The position numbers were made by a program, and so were the translations under genes. A stretch of 24,497 nucleotides of DNA from a bacterium (lineage in GTDB: Archaea > Thermoproteota > Nitrososphaeria > Nitrososphaerales > CADDZS01), in assembly GCA_027310845.1 (NCBI GenBank), contig DAIDAB010000004.1, forward strand, positions 1-24,497, given 5' to 3'. The notes beneath the pieces are model-generated. The model was not told where the DNA came from. It made no database searches and worked only from the letters and a program-made list of their open reading frames with translations. Below are positions 15,233-24,497 of the stretch, one piece after another. How positions within the stretch are numbered: the stretch's first letter is position 1; each line of letters opens with the position of its first letter.

Positions 15233-15394
15233 TCACCATTCTGAATACTTGTCGTGTCGAGTTCTCTCGTAGTGATCCATCAATCCTGCTCTTGCACCAA
15301 AAGATCGCCAACATTTCACGCAGGGAAACGTCAAATTTCTAAGCCATTGTTCCTTTTCCTGAGCATCTTTTCCGCGCCCTTCTGAATTTTCCAT
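15233..15394 (-). CDS. 53-aa C2H2 zinc-finger microprotein (below the ORF-track cutoff)
   Basis: Manual translation MENSEGRGKDAQEKEQWLRNLTFPCVKCWRSFGARAGLMDHYERTRHDKYSEW fits F-x-C-x2-C-x3-F-x5-L-x2-H-x5-H. GGAG lies just upstream of the ATG. Confidence 0.72.
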   Translation of the reverse strand: MENSEGRGKDAQEKEQWLRNLTFPCVKCWRSFGARAGLMDHYERTRHDKYSEW

Positions 15395-15910
15395 TTCTCT
15401 CCAAGCTTCTTGGATTGCAGAGGCAATTCATGCATACTTCAGTTTTTTTGAAGAAATCAAAGCTTACTCCTCTCTTCCAACTTGCTTCGTGACATTCGTC
15501 CTGTTGGAATCCACCTTTCAAAGTAGTTACACTTCCTAAAGATCATGGGATTGAGATATTCAAACAGATGGATGGGGTTGGAATAGCAACAAATCAGTCG
15601 TAGTCACCGTGATCTTAGCAGAGTATGGTCTTAAGACCAGGGGGCTGATTGTCATTAGCGCCGCTTCCTATTTTCCCATGGAATCAGATTTAAGAGTACT
15701 TGAGTTGATCCAACTTGGCTTACAAGTTCCTCAGTATGTAGAGTCCTGGCCACTTTTCTGTTTCGTATTCTCTCGCGTTTCCACCAGCGTATCACCAATA
15801 GTCCGTAGAATGAACTACCGAGAAGCCTGCACAAGACCATAATTCGCATTCAACGAGCGAATAATAGAGGCACGAGTTTTAATCAAGTTTAATCTCATCG
15901 GCACAAAACG

Positions 15911-15917
15911 TATATAG
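15911..15917 (+). promoter_or_regulatory. Putative TATA box (TATATAG) of the RNA polymerase operon, with an A-rich BRE-like stretch upstream
   Basis: CACAAAACG-TATATAGGG upstream of rpoH. Confidence 0.55.
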
Positions 15918-15982
15918 GGTAATTCACGAACGAACATTGATACTTGTATTCTACCGTAGGGTATCTCCTAGAAGGTGTTATA

Positions 15983-16255
15983 GTGGTAAAGAAGACGAAG
16001 AAAGAAGAGATAATCGAAGAACCCAAAGTCACTGATCATAAACTTGTGCCAAAGCATGAAATTCTTAATGAACCAGAAAAGAAGCAGATATTGTCGCAAT
16101 TCAGTGCGAGCGAGGATCAGTTTCCTTTCCTCTTCAGTACAGATCCTGTCGCAAGGGAAATTGGGGCGAAACCTGGTGACATGGTCAAGATAACTCGGAT
16201 CAGCGACACTGCTGGCGAGGCAATTTACTATAGGTATGTGGTGGAGTCGGTTTAG
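15983..16255 (+). CDS. rpoH: DNA-directed RNA polymerase subunit H (Rpo5)
   Basis: HKLVPKHEIL, DPVAREIGAKPGDMVKITRIS and YYRYVV. GTG 15983 is preferred because an SD-like AGGTG precedes it; TTG 15944 is an alternative. Confidence 0.96.
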   Translation: MVKKTKKEEIIEEPKVTDHKLVPKHEILNEPEKKQILSQFSASEDQFPFLFSTDPVAREIGAKPGDMVKITRISDTAGEAIYYRYVVESV

Positions 16256-16258
16256 CAA

Positions 16259-19200
16259 TTGCAGAGAGCCCAGAGTCAATATGATGCATGGCCTGTTCTG
16301 CAGGATATCCTTACCCGTGAGGGTGTAGCAAGGCAGCATCTCAATTCGTATAACGAGTTTATTCAAAGAGGGCTTCAGAGCATCATCGACGAGATTGGCT
16401 CGATCGACATCGAGACAGTGGGTACGCCCTACAAAGTAAAGTTCGGGAAGGTTAAACTCAAGCTGCCGCGAGTGGTTGAAATCGATGGCTCCGTGAGCAA
16501 CATTCTCCCGTTGGAAGCTAGACTTCGCAACCTCACTTACGCATCTCCAATCTTTGTGGACATGACTGTAGAAGAGGATGGTATAGTCAGAGAAAACCAA
16601 GAGCAACACATAGGCGATCTGCCCGTGATGGTTAAGTCGGATCGTTGCATGCTTGCAACTATGAACGGACAGCAGCTCATAGAGGTCGGGGAAGATCCTA
16701 AGGACCCTGGAGGTTACTTTATCATCAACGGCTCTGAACGAGTCATAGTCGGGCTCGAAGACCTTTCTCCTAACAAGATTCTGGTTGATCTAGAAAGGGT
16801 TGGGGGAGTCACAAATTACAAGGCCAAAGTCTACTCCTCAATTGTGGGCTATAGAGCAAAGCTCGAGATTACGCTTAAGCAAGACGAATCAATTGTCGTG
16901 AAGCTGCCAAGCTCGCCTGTTGATTTACCACTAATCATTGTCTTGCGTGCGCTCGGCCTAGAAACTGACAAGGAAATAGCTGAAGCGGTTTCTCTGAGGC
17001 ACCGAGTTCAGGATAGGCTGGAGGTCTCGTTCGAAAAGGCAAGTGAAGCCAAGACAACAAAGGACGCTTTGATGTATATTGGAAACAGAGTTGCCCATGG
17101 AATGCTCGATGAGTTCAGGCTCAGACGAGCCGAATCAGTTCTGGACTGGGGTCTTTTGCCCCATCTCGGAAAGACCAAAGATGACAGGTACGACAAAGCG
17201 ATCTTCTTGGGTGAATCAGTGAACAAGCTCCTCGAACTTCGTTTGAATCTGCTTGAACCCGATGACAAGGATCACTATGGAAACAAAGTCATCAAATTCG
17301 CAGGTCAGATGATCGCGGACCTGTTTCGCACAGCCTTCAGAAATCTGGCACGGGATATGAAATACCAGCTCGAAAGAACTGGGCAGAGAAGAGGATTGAA
17401 TGTGGTTGGCGCAGCGATTAGGCCAGGAATCATCACTGACAAATTGAACAATGCGATCGCTACGGGTAACTGGGGGAGAGGTAAAGTCGGAGTAACACAA
17501 CTCCTGGACAGAACTAATTACCTATCAACACTTTCCCATCTTCGAAGGATCCAATCACCTCTTTCAAGGAGCCAGCCAAACTTTGAGGCAAGAGACCTCC
17601 ATGCAACGCACTTTGGGAGGATCTGCCCGAGCGAGACACCAGAGGGATCTAACTGCGGTCTCGTTAAGAACCTTGCTTTGTCTGCAGTCATTTCAGTCAG
17701 TGTCCCCTCTGCCCAAGTCGTCGCAAAACTCTATGACCTTGGAGTAAAGCCATTCAAGGAAGCTGACGAGAAACTCAAAATGGATGGATGCAGAGTTTTC
17801 GTAGAGGGAAGATTTGTAGGTTTTGTTAAGGACGGCGACACGCTTGCCAAATCATTTAGAAAATTTAGGCGCGAGGGTCAGATTCATCCACACGCTGGAA
17901 TTGCATACTTTGCCGCACGAAGCGAGGGAGCCACAGACCGAGTATACATCGCAACAAATTCAGGCAGAGTCTTGCGCCCGCTCATCTTGTGTGAAGGAGG
18001 AAGGCCACTTCTCACTCCTGAATTGATCAAAAGAGTTGAGGCGCAACAGCTCAACTGGAGAGACCTTGTTCAGATGGGGGTTATCGAGCTACTCGATGCA
18101 AACGAGGAGGAAAACACCCTCATAGCAATAGACTACAAACACCTCGGAGAGAAACATACTCATCTCGAAATGTACCCCTCTGCAATATTGGGCATTGCTG
18201 CTTCAGTCATTCCTTATCCTGAACATAATCAATCTCCGAGAAACACATACGAATCTGCCATGGCTAAGCAGTCACTTGGCTTCCCGACGCCCACTTATCC
18301 ATTCAGCACCTACGTCAGGGAGCACCTTCTCGTCTACCCACAGCCGCCACTGGTGAAGACGAGGTCAACTTCGCTTCTGAGCCTTGACGAGCGCCCGACA
18401 GGAACCAATGCCGTCGTCGCGGTATTGTCGTTCGAGGGCTACAACATTGAGGACGCAATCATCTTCAACAAATCAGCAATCGACAGAGGGCTAGCCAGGT
18501 CAATTTTCTATCGATTATACGAGGCGGAGGCGAAACAGTACCTTGGAGGTATGAAGGATACATTCGAAGTCCCCCGTCCTGATGCGAACATTAGAGGTTA
18601 TCGCGGTGAGAAGTATTACCGACTGATTGAATCTGACGGAGTCGTGATGCACGAAGCACAGGTAGCTGGAGGAGATGTCATCATCGGAAGAACTAGCCCT
18701 CCGAGATTCATGGAGGAATACAAGGAGTTCGAGGTCAAGGGCCCCTACAGGCGGGATACTTCAATCGGAGTTAGGGCGAGTGAAAGTGGAGTCGTCGACG
18801 CGGTTTTCATCACGGAAAACGAAGAAGGTGGAAAGATGTACAAAGTCCGCGTCAGGGACATGAGGATACCTGAAATCGGAGACAAGTTTGCCTCTCGACA
18901 TGGTCAGAAAGGAGTCATCGGCCTTGTCGTAAACCAAGAAGATATGCCCTACACAGAAGAAGGACTTGTTCCTGACGTTATCATCAATCCGCATGCATTT
19001 CCGTCGCGAATGACTGCGGGCCAATTCCTCGAATCTCTTGCTGGCAAGGCAGCAGCAGTCAGAGGAAGACCAGTCGACGGAACTGCATTTAGCGGCGAGA
19101 ACGCAGAATCCCTTGAAGCGGCACTTAGGGAGGGAGGATTTGCACCCACTGGGAGAGAAGTGATGTACGATGGAAGAACTGGCCGCAAGTTTGCTGCGGA

Positions 19201-19615
19201 CGTGTACATAGGCGTTGTATTCTACCAAAAGCTTCACCACATGGTCGCCGACAAGATTCACGCGCGAGCTCGTGGACAGGTGCAGATGCTCACAAAACAG
19301 CCAACGGAAGGAAGAGCGAGAGGCGGCGGTCTCAGGTTTGGAGAAATGGAGCGCGACTGCCTCATTGCTTATGGAGCTTCAATGGTCTTGAAGGACAGAC
19401 TTCTCGACGAGGCGGACAAGACGGAAGTGCATGTGTGTGAGAAATGCGGTCTGATAGCATACTACGACGCGAAGCAGAGAAAGTACGTGTGTAGAATAGA
19501 TGGTGATAGTGCGAGAATCTCAACAATAGTGATTGCGTACGCCTTCAAACTATTGTTGCAGGAAATGATGAGCCTCAACATCGCGCCCAGGCTTATGCTG
19601 AAGGACAAAGTGTGA
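16259..19615 (+). CDS. rpoB: DNA-directed RNA polymerase subunit B (Rpo2), unsplit
   Basis: GGYFIING, ETPEGSNCGLVKN, HNQSPRNTY, GDKFASRHGQKG, HAFPSRMT and GGLRFGEMERD. Confidence 0.99.
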   Translation: MQRAQSQYDAWPVLQDILTREGVARQHLNSYNEFIQRGLQSIIDEIGSIDIETVGTPYKVKFGKVKLKLPRVVEIDGSVSNILPLEARLRNLTYASPIFVDMTVEEDGIVRENQEQHIGDLPVMVKSDRCMLATMNGQQLIEVGEDPKDPGGYFIINGSERVIVGLEDLSPNKILVDLERVGGVTNYKAKVYSSIVGYRAKLEITLKQDESIVVKLPSSPVDLPLIIVLRALGLETDKEIAEAVSLRHRVQDRLEVSFEKASEAKTTKDALMYIGNRVAHGMLDEFRLRRAESVLDWGLLPHLGKTKDDRYDKAIFLGESVNKLLELRLNLLEPDDKDHYGNKVIKFAGQMIADLFRTAFRNLARDMKYQLERTGQRRGLNVVGAAIRPGIITDKLNNAIATGNWGRGKVGVTQLLDRTNYLSTLSHLRRIQSPLSRSQPNFEARDLHATHFGRICPSETPEGSNCGLVKNLALSAVISVSVPSAQVVAKLYDLGVKPFKEADEKLKMDGCRVFVEGRFVGFVKDGDTLAKSFRKFRREGQIHPHAGIAYFAARSEGATDRVYIATNSGRVLRPLILCEGGRPLLTPELIKRVEAQQLNWRDLVQMGVIELLDANEEENTLIAIDYKHLGEKHTHLEMYPSAILGIAASVIPYPEHNQSPRNTYESAMAKQSLGFPTPTYPFSTYVREHLLVYPQPPLVKTRSTSLLSLDERPTGTNAVVAVLSFEGYNIEDAIIFNKSAIDRGLARSIFYRLYEAEAKQYLGGMKDTFEVPRPDANIRGYRGEKYYRLIESDGVVMHEAQVAGGDVIIGRTSPPRFMEEYKEFEVKGPYRRDTSIGVRASESGVVDAVFITENEEGGKMYKVRVRDMRIPEIGDKFASRHGQKGVIGLVVNQEDMPYTEEGLVPDVIINPHAFPSRMTAGQFLESLAGKAAAVRGRPVDGTAFSGENAESLEAALREGGFAPTGREVMYDGRTGRKFAADVYIGVVFYQKLHHMVADKIHARARGQVQMLTKQPTEGRARGGGLRFGEMERDCLIAYGASMVLKDRLLDEADKTEVHVCEKCGLIAYYDAKQRKYVCRIDGDSARISTIVIAYAFKLLLQEMMSLNIAPRLMLKDKV

Positions 19616-19646
19616 TCTTAGAAGAGTAGGGGGTTCGAGAAAGGAT

Positions 19647-22600
19647 ATGTCGATTGAAGAGTCTATCAAATCTGTCGGTGGAATAAGGTTCGCCCTCAGC
19701 TCTCCGAGTGAGATAAGGAAATACAGCGTCGCTGAAATTACAGCTCCTGAGACGTACGACGAGGACGGGATGCCAGTACAGGGAGGATTAATGGACAACA
19801 GGCTGGGGACGCTTGAACCGGGGCAGAAATGCGCGAGTTGTGGAAACACAGCTCCTAAATGTCCAGGACACTTTGGACATATTGAACTCGCAGAACCAGT
19901 AATCCACATCGCCTTCGTGGATGACATCCATAAGCTACTCATCTCGACTTGCCGGGCTTGCGGACGTCTACTCCTTTCCCAAGATGATATTGCGGAATAC
20001 AAGAAGAGGCTTGATGAAAGGTCTTCTGCCTCACCCATGCTGATTGAAATTATCTCTCGCGAGATACTGAACAAAGTCAAGAAGGCCAAAGAATGCTTTT
20101 TCTGTGGAAGGGGGCAATACGAGATCGAATTCACCAAACCGACCGTATTCCACGAAATCACAGAAAGCGGCGGGGCGACAAGACTCTTGCCCGTTGCTAT
20201 AAGAGAACGGCTTGAAAGAATCACAAATGACGACCTAAGACTGCTTGGGTACGACCCATCAAGCGCGAGGCCTGAGTGGCTAGTGCTTCAGGTTTTACCT
20301 GTTCCTCCAGTCGCGGTCAGGCCATCGATAACACTCGAATCGGGAATCAGATCAGAAGACGACCTCACTCATAAGATTGTCGACATTCTCCGTGTGAACC
20401 AGAGGGTAAGAGAGAGCAAAGAATCTGGAACTCCTCCGTTGATCGTGCAAGATTTAGTAGACTTACTACAGTACCATGTTACGACTTACTTTGATAATGA
20501 AGTATCAGGCATTCCTCAGGCTCATCACAGATCGGGGCGTCCACTCAAGACAATCAGCCAGAGGCTCAAGGGAAAAGAAGGGCGATTCAGGGGTAGTCTC
20601 TCTGGAAAGAGAGTTGATTTCTCAAGTCGAACCGTCATTTCTCCAGACCCCTCGCTCGACATTTCCGAAGTCGGCGTTCCATATGAGGTCGCAAGAAAAC
20701 TCACTATCCCGGAAAAGGCTTCTCCTTGGAATCTTGAATTCCTGAAGAAACTCATACTCAACGGACCCTTCAAACATCCGGGAGCGAACTACATAATCAG
20801 GCCAGACGGCATCAAGATCAGACTGGACTATGTAACTGACCTCCAGATGCACGCGGATTCACTTGCTCCAGGATTCATAGTCGAACGTCACCTAACCGAC
20901 GGAGACATTGTGATCTTCAATAGACAACCGTCCTTGCACAGAATGTCTGTAATGGCACACTACGTGAAAGTGCTTCCTTACAGGACATTCAGATTGCATC
21001 CTGCCGTGTGCCCTCCATACAACTCTGATTTTGATGGGGATGAAATGAACCTTCATGTGCCACAGAGCGAGGAAGCAAGGTCAGAGGCTCTCACATTGAT
21101 GCGGGTCCAAGATCAGATACTTTCCCCGAGATACGGCGGACCGATCATTGGCGGGATCAGGGATTTTCTCACCGCTGCATACCTTCTGACAAAAGAAGGA
21201 ACCTACATCACAAAGGATGAGTTCACCAGCTTGGCGCTCGCTGGAGGAATGACAGCGGATCAGGAATTGCCAAAGCCGGAAAAGAGTGAACCTGAACCAC
21301 TCTATACAGGAAGACAACTATTCTCGCTCTTCCTGCCCAAGGATTTCAACTACGTTCTGATCTCAAAGTGGGAAAAGAGCTCACGAGGTGCCACGAAAGA
21401 TGTCGTGATCAAGAATGGACAGCTCCTTAGTGGAGTAATTGACCGTGCTGCAATTGGTGCTGAGGAGTCAGACTCTATACTCCACAGAATCGCAAAGGAC
21501 TACGGAACGGAAGAAGCGAGGCGATTCCTAAACTCAATATTGAGGCTGCTCAAGGGTTTCATCACAAGATCTGGCTTTAGCTACGGATACGACGAGCTTG
21601 AGCTTCCAGAAGATGTGAGGAATAAGATCTCCGAGACTTTGGACGAATCATATTCCAAGGTGAAGGATCTCAACGAACAGTACAGGAAGGGTGCGTTGCC
21701 AGAGACCAGAGGACTCTCGCCGGAGAGTGCACTCGAGTTCTATGTGGCGAACGAGCTTTCAAGGGCAAGAGAAAAGGCAGGAAGGATTGCCGACAAATCA
21801 TTCTCAATACAGAATGCGGGAATCATCATGGCCAGAACCGGAGCAAGGGGCTCTACGCTGAACCTTGGTCAGATGACAGCTGCCCTAGGTCAGCAGTCGG
21901 TCAGGGGAAAGAGGATCGAGAAAGGATACCAGAACAGGGCCTTGCCTCACTTTGCACCTCATGACCCAAGCCCAGATGCTAGAGGTTTCGTCCGGTCAAA
22001 TTACAGGGATGGACTTAACGCGATAGAATTTTTCTTTCACGCGATGGGAGGGAGAGAGGGCCTCGTCGACACCGCGGTAAGGACTCAGCAGAGCGGATAT
22101 ATGCAAAGACGACTGGTCAACGCTCTTGAACATCTCAAGGTCGAGTACGACTTGACCGTCAGAGATCCAAACGGCAACATCATCCAGTTCAAGTACGGGG
22201 AGGATGGAATTGATCCCGCGAAGAGCGACCATGGACTCGCAGTCAACTTAGAGCGGCTTGTCGACACCATGGCGCTTTCGGCTGACGTCTCGAGGCCTGC
22301 AGCTGAATCAACAATCGAGAAGACGGTTGAAAAATACTCTGAATCCCTAAATCCAAGACTCAAGGCTGACTTGCTTGGCACACTCAAGGATTCCAAGCTT
22401 GATCCAAAATCTGTGGAGAAGGTATGCGAGCGAGTCGTCGAGCTTGTGAAGAAGAGTACCGTTGAGCCTGGAGAGGCGTCAGGAATCGTGGCTGCCCAGT
22501 CAATCGGCGAGCCCGGAACACAAATGACGCTCAGGACATTCCACTTCGCAGGGGTCAAGGAACGCGACGTCACACTGGGACTACCCCGACTCATAGAGCT

Positions 22601-23438
22601 CGTCGATGCGAGGAAACTACCAGCCACTCCCTCGATGGATGTATTCTTGGATGAGGAGACACCCAAGTCAAATGAGAAAGCAATACGCGTTGCAAACCAG
22701 ATTAGATTCACAAAAGTAGGGAACCTGATTGATTCTGCTGAAGTTGAGCCAGCCGGAGGAATCATGCTCTATCTAAGCAAGGCAAAAATGGCAGAAAGGC
22801 AATGCACCATCAAAGACATTCAGGAGGCTATCGAATCTCCAAAGAGAGTGATTGAGGTTGACGAAAAGCGAAATATTATTACGATCAAGATTGACGTTGA
22901 CTTTGCCTCTCTCCATGTCCACAAGAATAAGATCCTGAACCAAAGAGTAAAAGGCATACCAGGTATTGACCGTGTTACCGTGGTAAAGGAAGGAGATGAA
23001 TGGAAGATCCAAACATCGGGTTCAAACCTCCAGAAGGTCAGGGCGATTGAAGGCGTCGACAAGACACGGACCACAACCAACAACGCCTTTGAAATCTATC
23101 AGACGCTTGGAATCGAGGCAGCGCGGCAGGCGCTAGTCAAGGAAATAATGGGAACTCTCGAGGAGCAGGGACTAGAGGTTGACATCAGGCACATCTATCT
23201 CGTTGCGGATCTCATGACAAGCAAAGGGTTCCTTCAGCAGATAGGGAGGCACGGAGTCGCGGGTACAAAGACAAGCGTTCTTGCTAGAGCTGCATTTGAA
23301 ATCACAGTGCCCACGTTGGCTGAGGCAGCTGTGAGAGGAGAAACAGAGGATCTAAAGGGTGTCACTGAAAACGTCATCGTCGGTCTTCCTATACCGGTGG
23401 GAACTGGAATGATTGACGTCTTTATGCGCGGTGTCTAG
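19647..23438 (+). CDS. rpoA: DNA-directed RNA polymerase largest subunit, fused A'/A'' (Rpo1)
   Basis: CPGHFGHIEL, GKRVDFSSR, NRQPSLH, NSDFDGDEMN, GLVDTAVRT (bridge helix), GEPGTQMTLRTFH (trigger loop) and LARAAFE in one 1263-aa ORF. Confidence 0.99.
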   Translation: MSIEESIKSVGGIRFALSSPSEIRKYSVAEITAPETYDEDGMPVQGGLMDNRLGTLEPGQKCASCGNTAPKCPGHFGHIELAEPVIHIAFVDDIHKLLISTCRACGRLLLSQDDIAEYKKRLDERSSASPMLIEIISREILNKVKKAKECFFCGRGQYEIEFTKPTVFHEITESGGATRLLPVAIRERLERITNDDLRLLGYDPSSARPEWLVLQVLPVPPVAVRPSITLESGIRSEDDLTHKIVDILRVNQRVRESKESGTPPLIVQDLVDLLQYHVTTYFDNEVSGIPQAHHRSGRPLKTISQRLKGKEGRFRGSLSGKRVDFSSRTVISPDPSLDISEVGVPYEVARKLTIPEKASPWNLEFLKKLILNGPFKHPGANYIIRPDGIKIRLDYVTDLQMHADSLAPGFIVERHLTDGDIVIFNRQPSLHRMSVMAHYVKVLPYRTFRLHPAVCPPYNSDFDGDEMNLHVPQSEEARSEALTLMRVQDQILSPRYGGPIIGGIRDFLTAAYLLTKEGTYITKDEFTSLALAGGMTADQELPKPEKSEPEPLYTGRQLFSLFLPKDFNYVLISKWEKSSRGATKDVVIKNGQLLSGVIDRAAIGAEESDSILHRIAKDYGTEEARRFLNSILRLLKGFITRSGFSYGYDELELPEDVRNKISETLDESYSKVKDLNEQYRKGALPETRGLSPESALEFYVANELSRAREKAGRIADKSFSIQNAGIIMARTGARGSTLNLGQMTAALGQQSVRGKRIEKGYQNRALPHFAPHDPSPDARGFVRSNYRDGLNAIEFFFHAMGGREGLVDTAVRTQQSGYMQRRLVNALEHLKVEYDLTVRDPNGNIIQFKYGEDGIDPAKSDHGLAVNLERLVDTMALSADVSRPAAESTIEKTVEKYSESLNPRLKADLLGTLKDSKLDPKSVEKVCERVVELVKKSTVEPGEASGIVAAQSIGEPGTQMTLRTFHFAGVKERDVTLGLPRLIELVDARKLPATPSMDVFLDEETPKSNEKAIRVANQIRFTKVGNLIDSAEVEPAGGIMLYLSKAKMAERQCTIKDIQEAIESPKRVIEVDEKRNIITIKIDVDFASLHVHKNKILNQRVKGIPGIDRVTVVKEGDEWKIQTSGSNLQKVRAIEGVDKTRTTTNNAFEIYQTLGIEAARQALVKEIMGTLEEQGLEVDIRHIYLVADLMTSKGFLQQIGRHGVAGTKTSVLARAAFEITVPTLAEAAVRGETEDLKGVTENVIVGLPIPVGTGMIDVFMRGV

Positions 23439-23459
23439 AAGTAATAGGAGTGAGAGCAT

Positions 23460-23981
23460 ATGCCGGTATCATCGGAACTCGAAAAGCAGCTCAAAGTTGC
23501 TGCGAAAACTGGTAAATATCTCGTGGGCCGAAAGGAAGTTCTCGCTTCACTAAAGGGGTCAAAACTACTTGTCTGGTCGGCTTCCGCAAATATTCCAGAT
23601 GAGCTCCTGAACCAGTGCAAGACCCTCCAAATTCCTGCGCTCAGGTTCGACGGGGATCCTATAGCCCTCGGCAAGACATGCGGCATACCTTTCAAGGTCT
23701 CGGTTATTGCGATCAGGTCTGCTGGCGATGCAGATCTGAATCCATTCGCGGCCTCCCAAGATTATGCAGTTCCGAGATCTGGCCTTCTCACACAGATGCC
23801 AGTTCCAAGGGTCCATTCTGAGATTCCGGAAGGCTCAGCGAAGGAGCCCAAAGATGTCAAAGAACCTAAAAAGGCAGAATCCAAGGAATCGGTAGAGAAG
23901 GAAGAAGCTCCAAAGAAAAAGACAAAGTTATCGAAAAGCTCGAGGGAAAAGAAACCCAAGGCGAAGAAGACAAAAGAGTAG
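23460..23981 (+). CDS. rpl30e: Ribosomal protein eL30 with a ~70-aa Lys/Glu-rich C-terminal extension
   Basis: LKVAAKTGKYLVG, LGKTCGIPFKVSVIAI and AGDAD; canonical operon position; SD GGAGTGA upstream. Confidence 0.93.
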   Translation: MPVSSELEKQLKVAAKTGKYLVGRKEVLASLKGSKLLVWSASANIPDELLNQCKTLQIPALRFDGDPIALGKTCGIPFKVSVIAIRSAGDADLNPFAASQDYAVPRSGLLTQMPVPRVHSEIPEGSAKEPKDVKEPKKAESKESVEKEEAPKKKTKLSKSSREKKPKAKKTKE

Positions 23982-24036
23982 ATAACGATCCGCCCCCAAA
24001 TATTGTTTTTCAAGTCTAGAGGTACTGCAGCACCAA

Positions 24037-24483
24037 TTGCCTGAGAGAATTAAACTGACGTCGGAAGAACTCGGACTTATGTCGCTATTTCAAAACGTAT
24101 CTGGCGCAACAGCAAGAGATTGTGTACTTGATCCAAAGTTGGAACGAGTAATATTTGTAGTTAGCAAGGGAGAGATGGGGCTTGCGATCGGAAAAGCGGG
24201 GGCTACTATCAGAAACGTCCAACAGATGATTGGAAAACAAGTTGAGTTAGTGGAGTGGGCTGATGATGCAAGGCAATTCATAATGAACGCTCTCAATCCA
24301 CAGTTTGTGAGTGATGTGCGAATGTCGGAAAAGCCTGACGGCTCGAAAACTGCAACTGTGGTTGTCGATCAAAGAAAGAAAGGGGCTATTCTCGGAAAGG
24401 AAGGGAGGAACGCAGAGAAGGCGAGACTGCTTGCAAAGCGCTATTTTGATGTCGAGACAATACACATAATCACTCCACAATGA
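24037..24483 (+). CDS. nusA: Archaeal NusA (two KH domains)
   Basis: GLAIGKAG and GAILGKEGRN KH motifs; canonical position after rpl30e. Confidence 0.96.
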   Translation: MPERIKLTSEELGLMSLFQNVSGATARDCVLDPKLERVIFVVSKGEMGLAIGKAGATIRNVQQMIGKQVELVEWADDARQFIMNALNPQFVSDVRMSEKPDGSKTATVVVDQRKKGAILGKEGRNAEKARLLAKRYFDVETIHIITPQ

Positions 24484-24497
24484 GAAAAGAAGAAATT

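Noticed and set aside
15339-15521. 60-aa ORF with CMNC...RNGK, superficially like an IS1 InsA zinc ribbon
   Set aside because: No second CxxC and no InsB or IS ends; it overlaps the better-supported C2H2 ORF in another frame.
15609-15849. Opposing ORFs 15609-15842 (+) and 15655-15849 (-)
   Set aside because: Mutually overlapping with no motifs; the hydrophobic-then-basic N-terminus of the minus ORF is not enough alone.
24005-24010. T6 tract between rpl30e and nusA as a terminator or attenuator
   Set aside because: A short T run alone is not diagnostic, and the operon is normally co-transcribed; needs Term-seq.
15968-24480. Many alternative-frame and antisense ORFs inside the RNA polymerase operon (e.g. 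15968-16609, 19550-20224, 22085-22765)
   Set aside because: Shadows of highly conserved genes.
1-24497. CRISPR array, rRNA, defence or viral genes
   Set aside because: No regularly spaced repeats, rRNA-like sequence, or cas, restriction or virion motifs seen.

Overview
Archaeal chromosomal window, most likely Nitrososphaerota (Thaumarchaeota) or a close relative. The inference rests on the rpoH-rpoB-rpoA-rpl30e-nusA operon with unsplit RpoB and a single fused RpoA'/A''. From left to right: bacterial-type PurH running off the left edge (absent from the ORF track), PduO-type cobalamin adenosyltransferase, a divergent dihydroorotase-like amidohydrolase, a hypothetical protein, an arm-less RNase Z-family hydrolase, tRNA-Pro(TGG), an IS5-family remnant and a radical SAM protein resembling GDGT ring synthases. 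Next come a module of a degenerate FtsZ-fold protein, a small membrane protein and a divergent winged-helix regulator, then CoxG and a minus-strand operon (HTH-CBS regulator, CoxM-like, CoxS-like, IDI1-like NUDIX) with no molybdopterin large subunit. An intact ~1027-bp IS5/IS903-like element with a 9-bp target duplication, two convergent small C2H2 zinc-finger ORFs and the RNA polymerase operon complete the window. The most striking element is the FtsZ-like protein, which has lost the GTP-binding glycine loops but kept the T7 catalytic loop. All assignments come from manual motif reading; no database searches were run.
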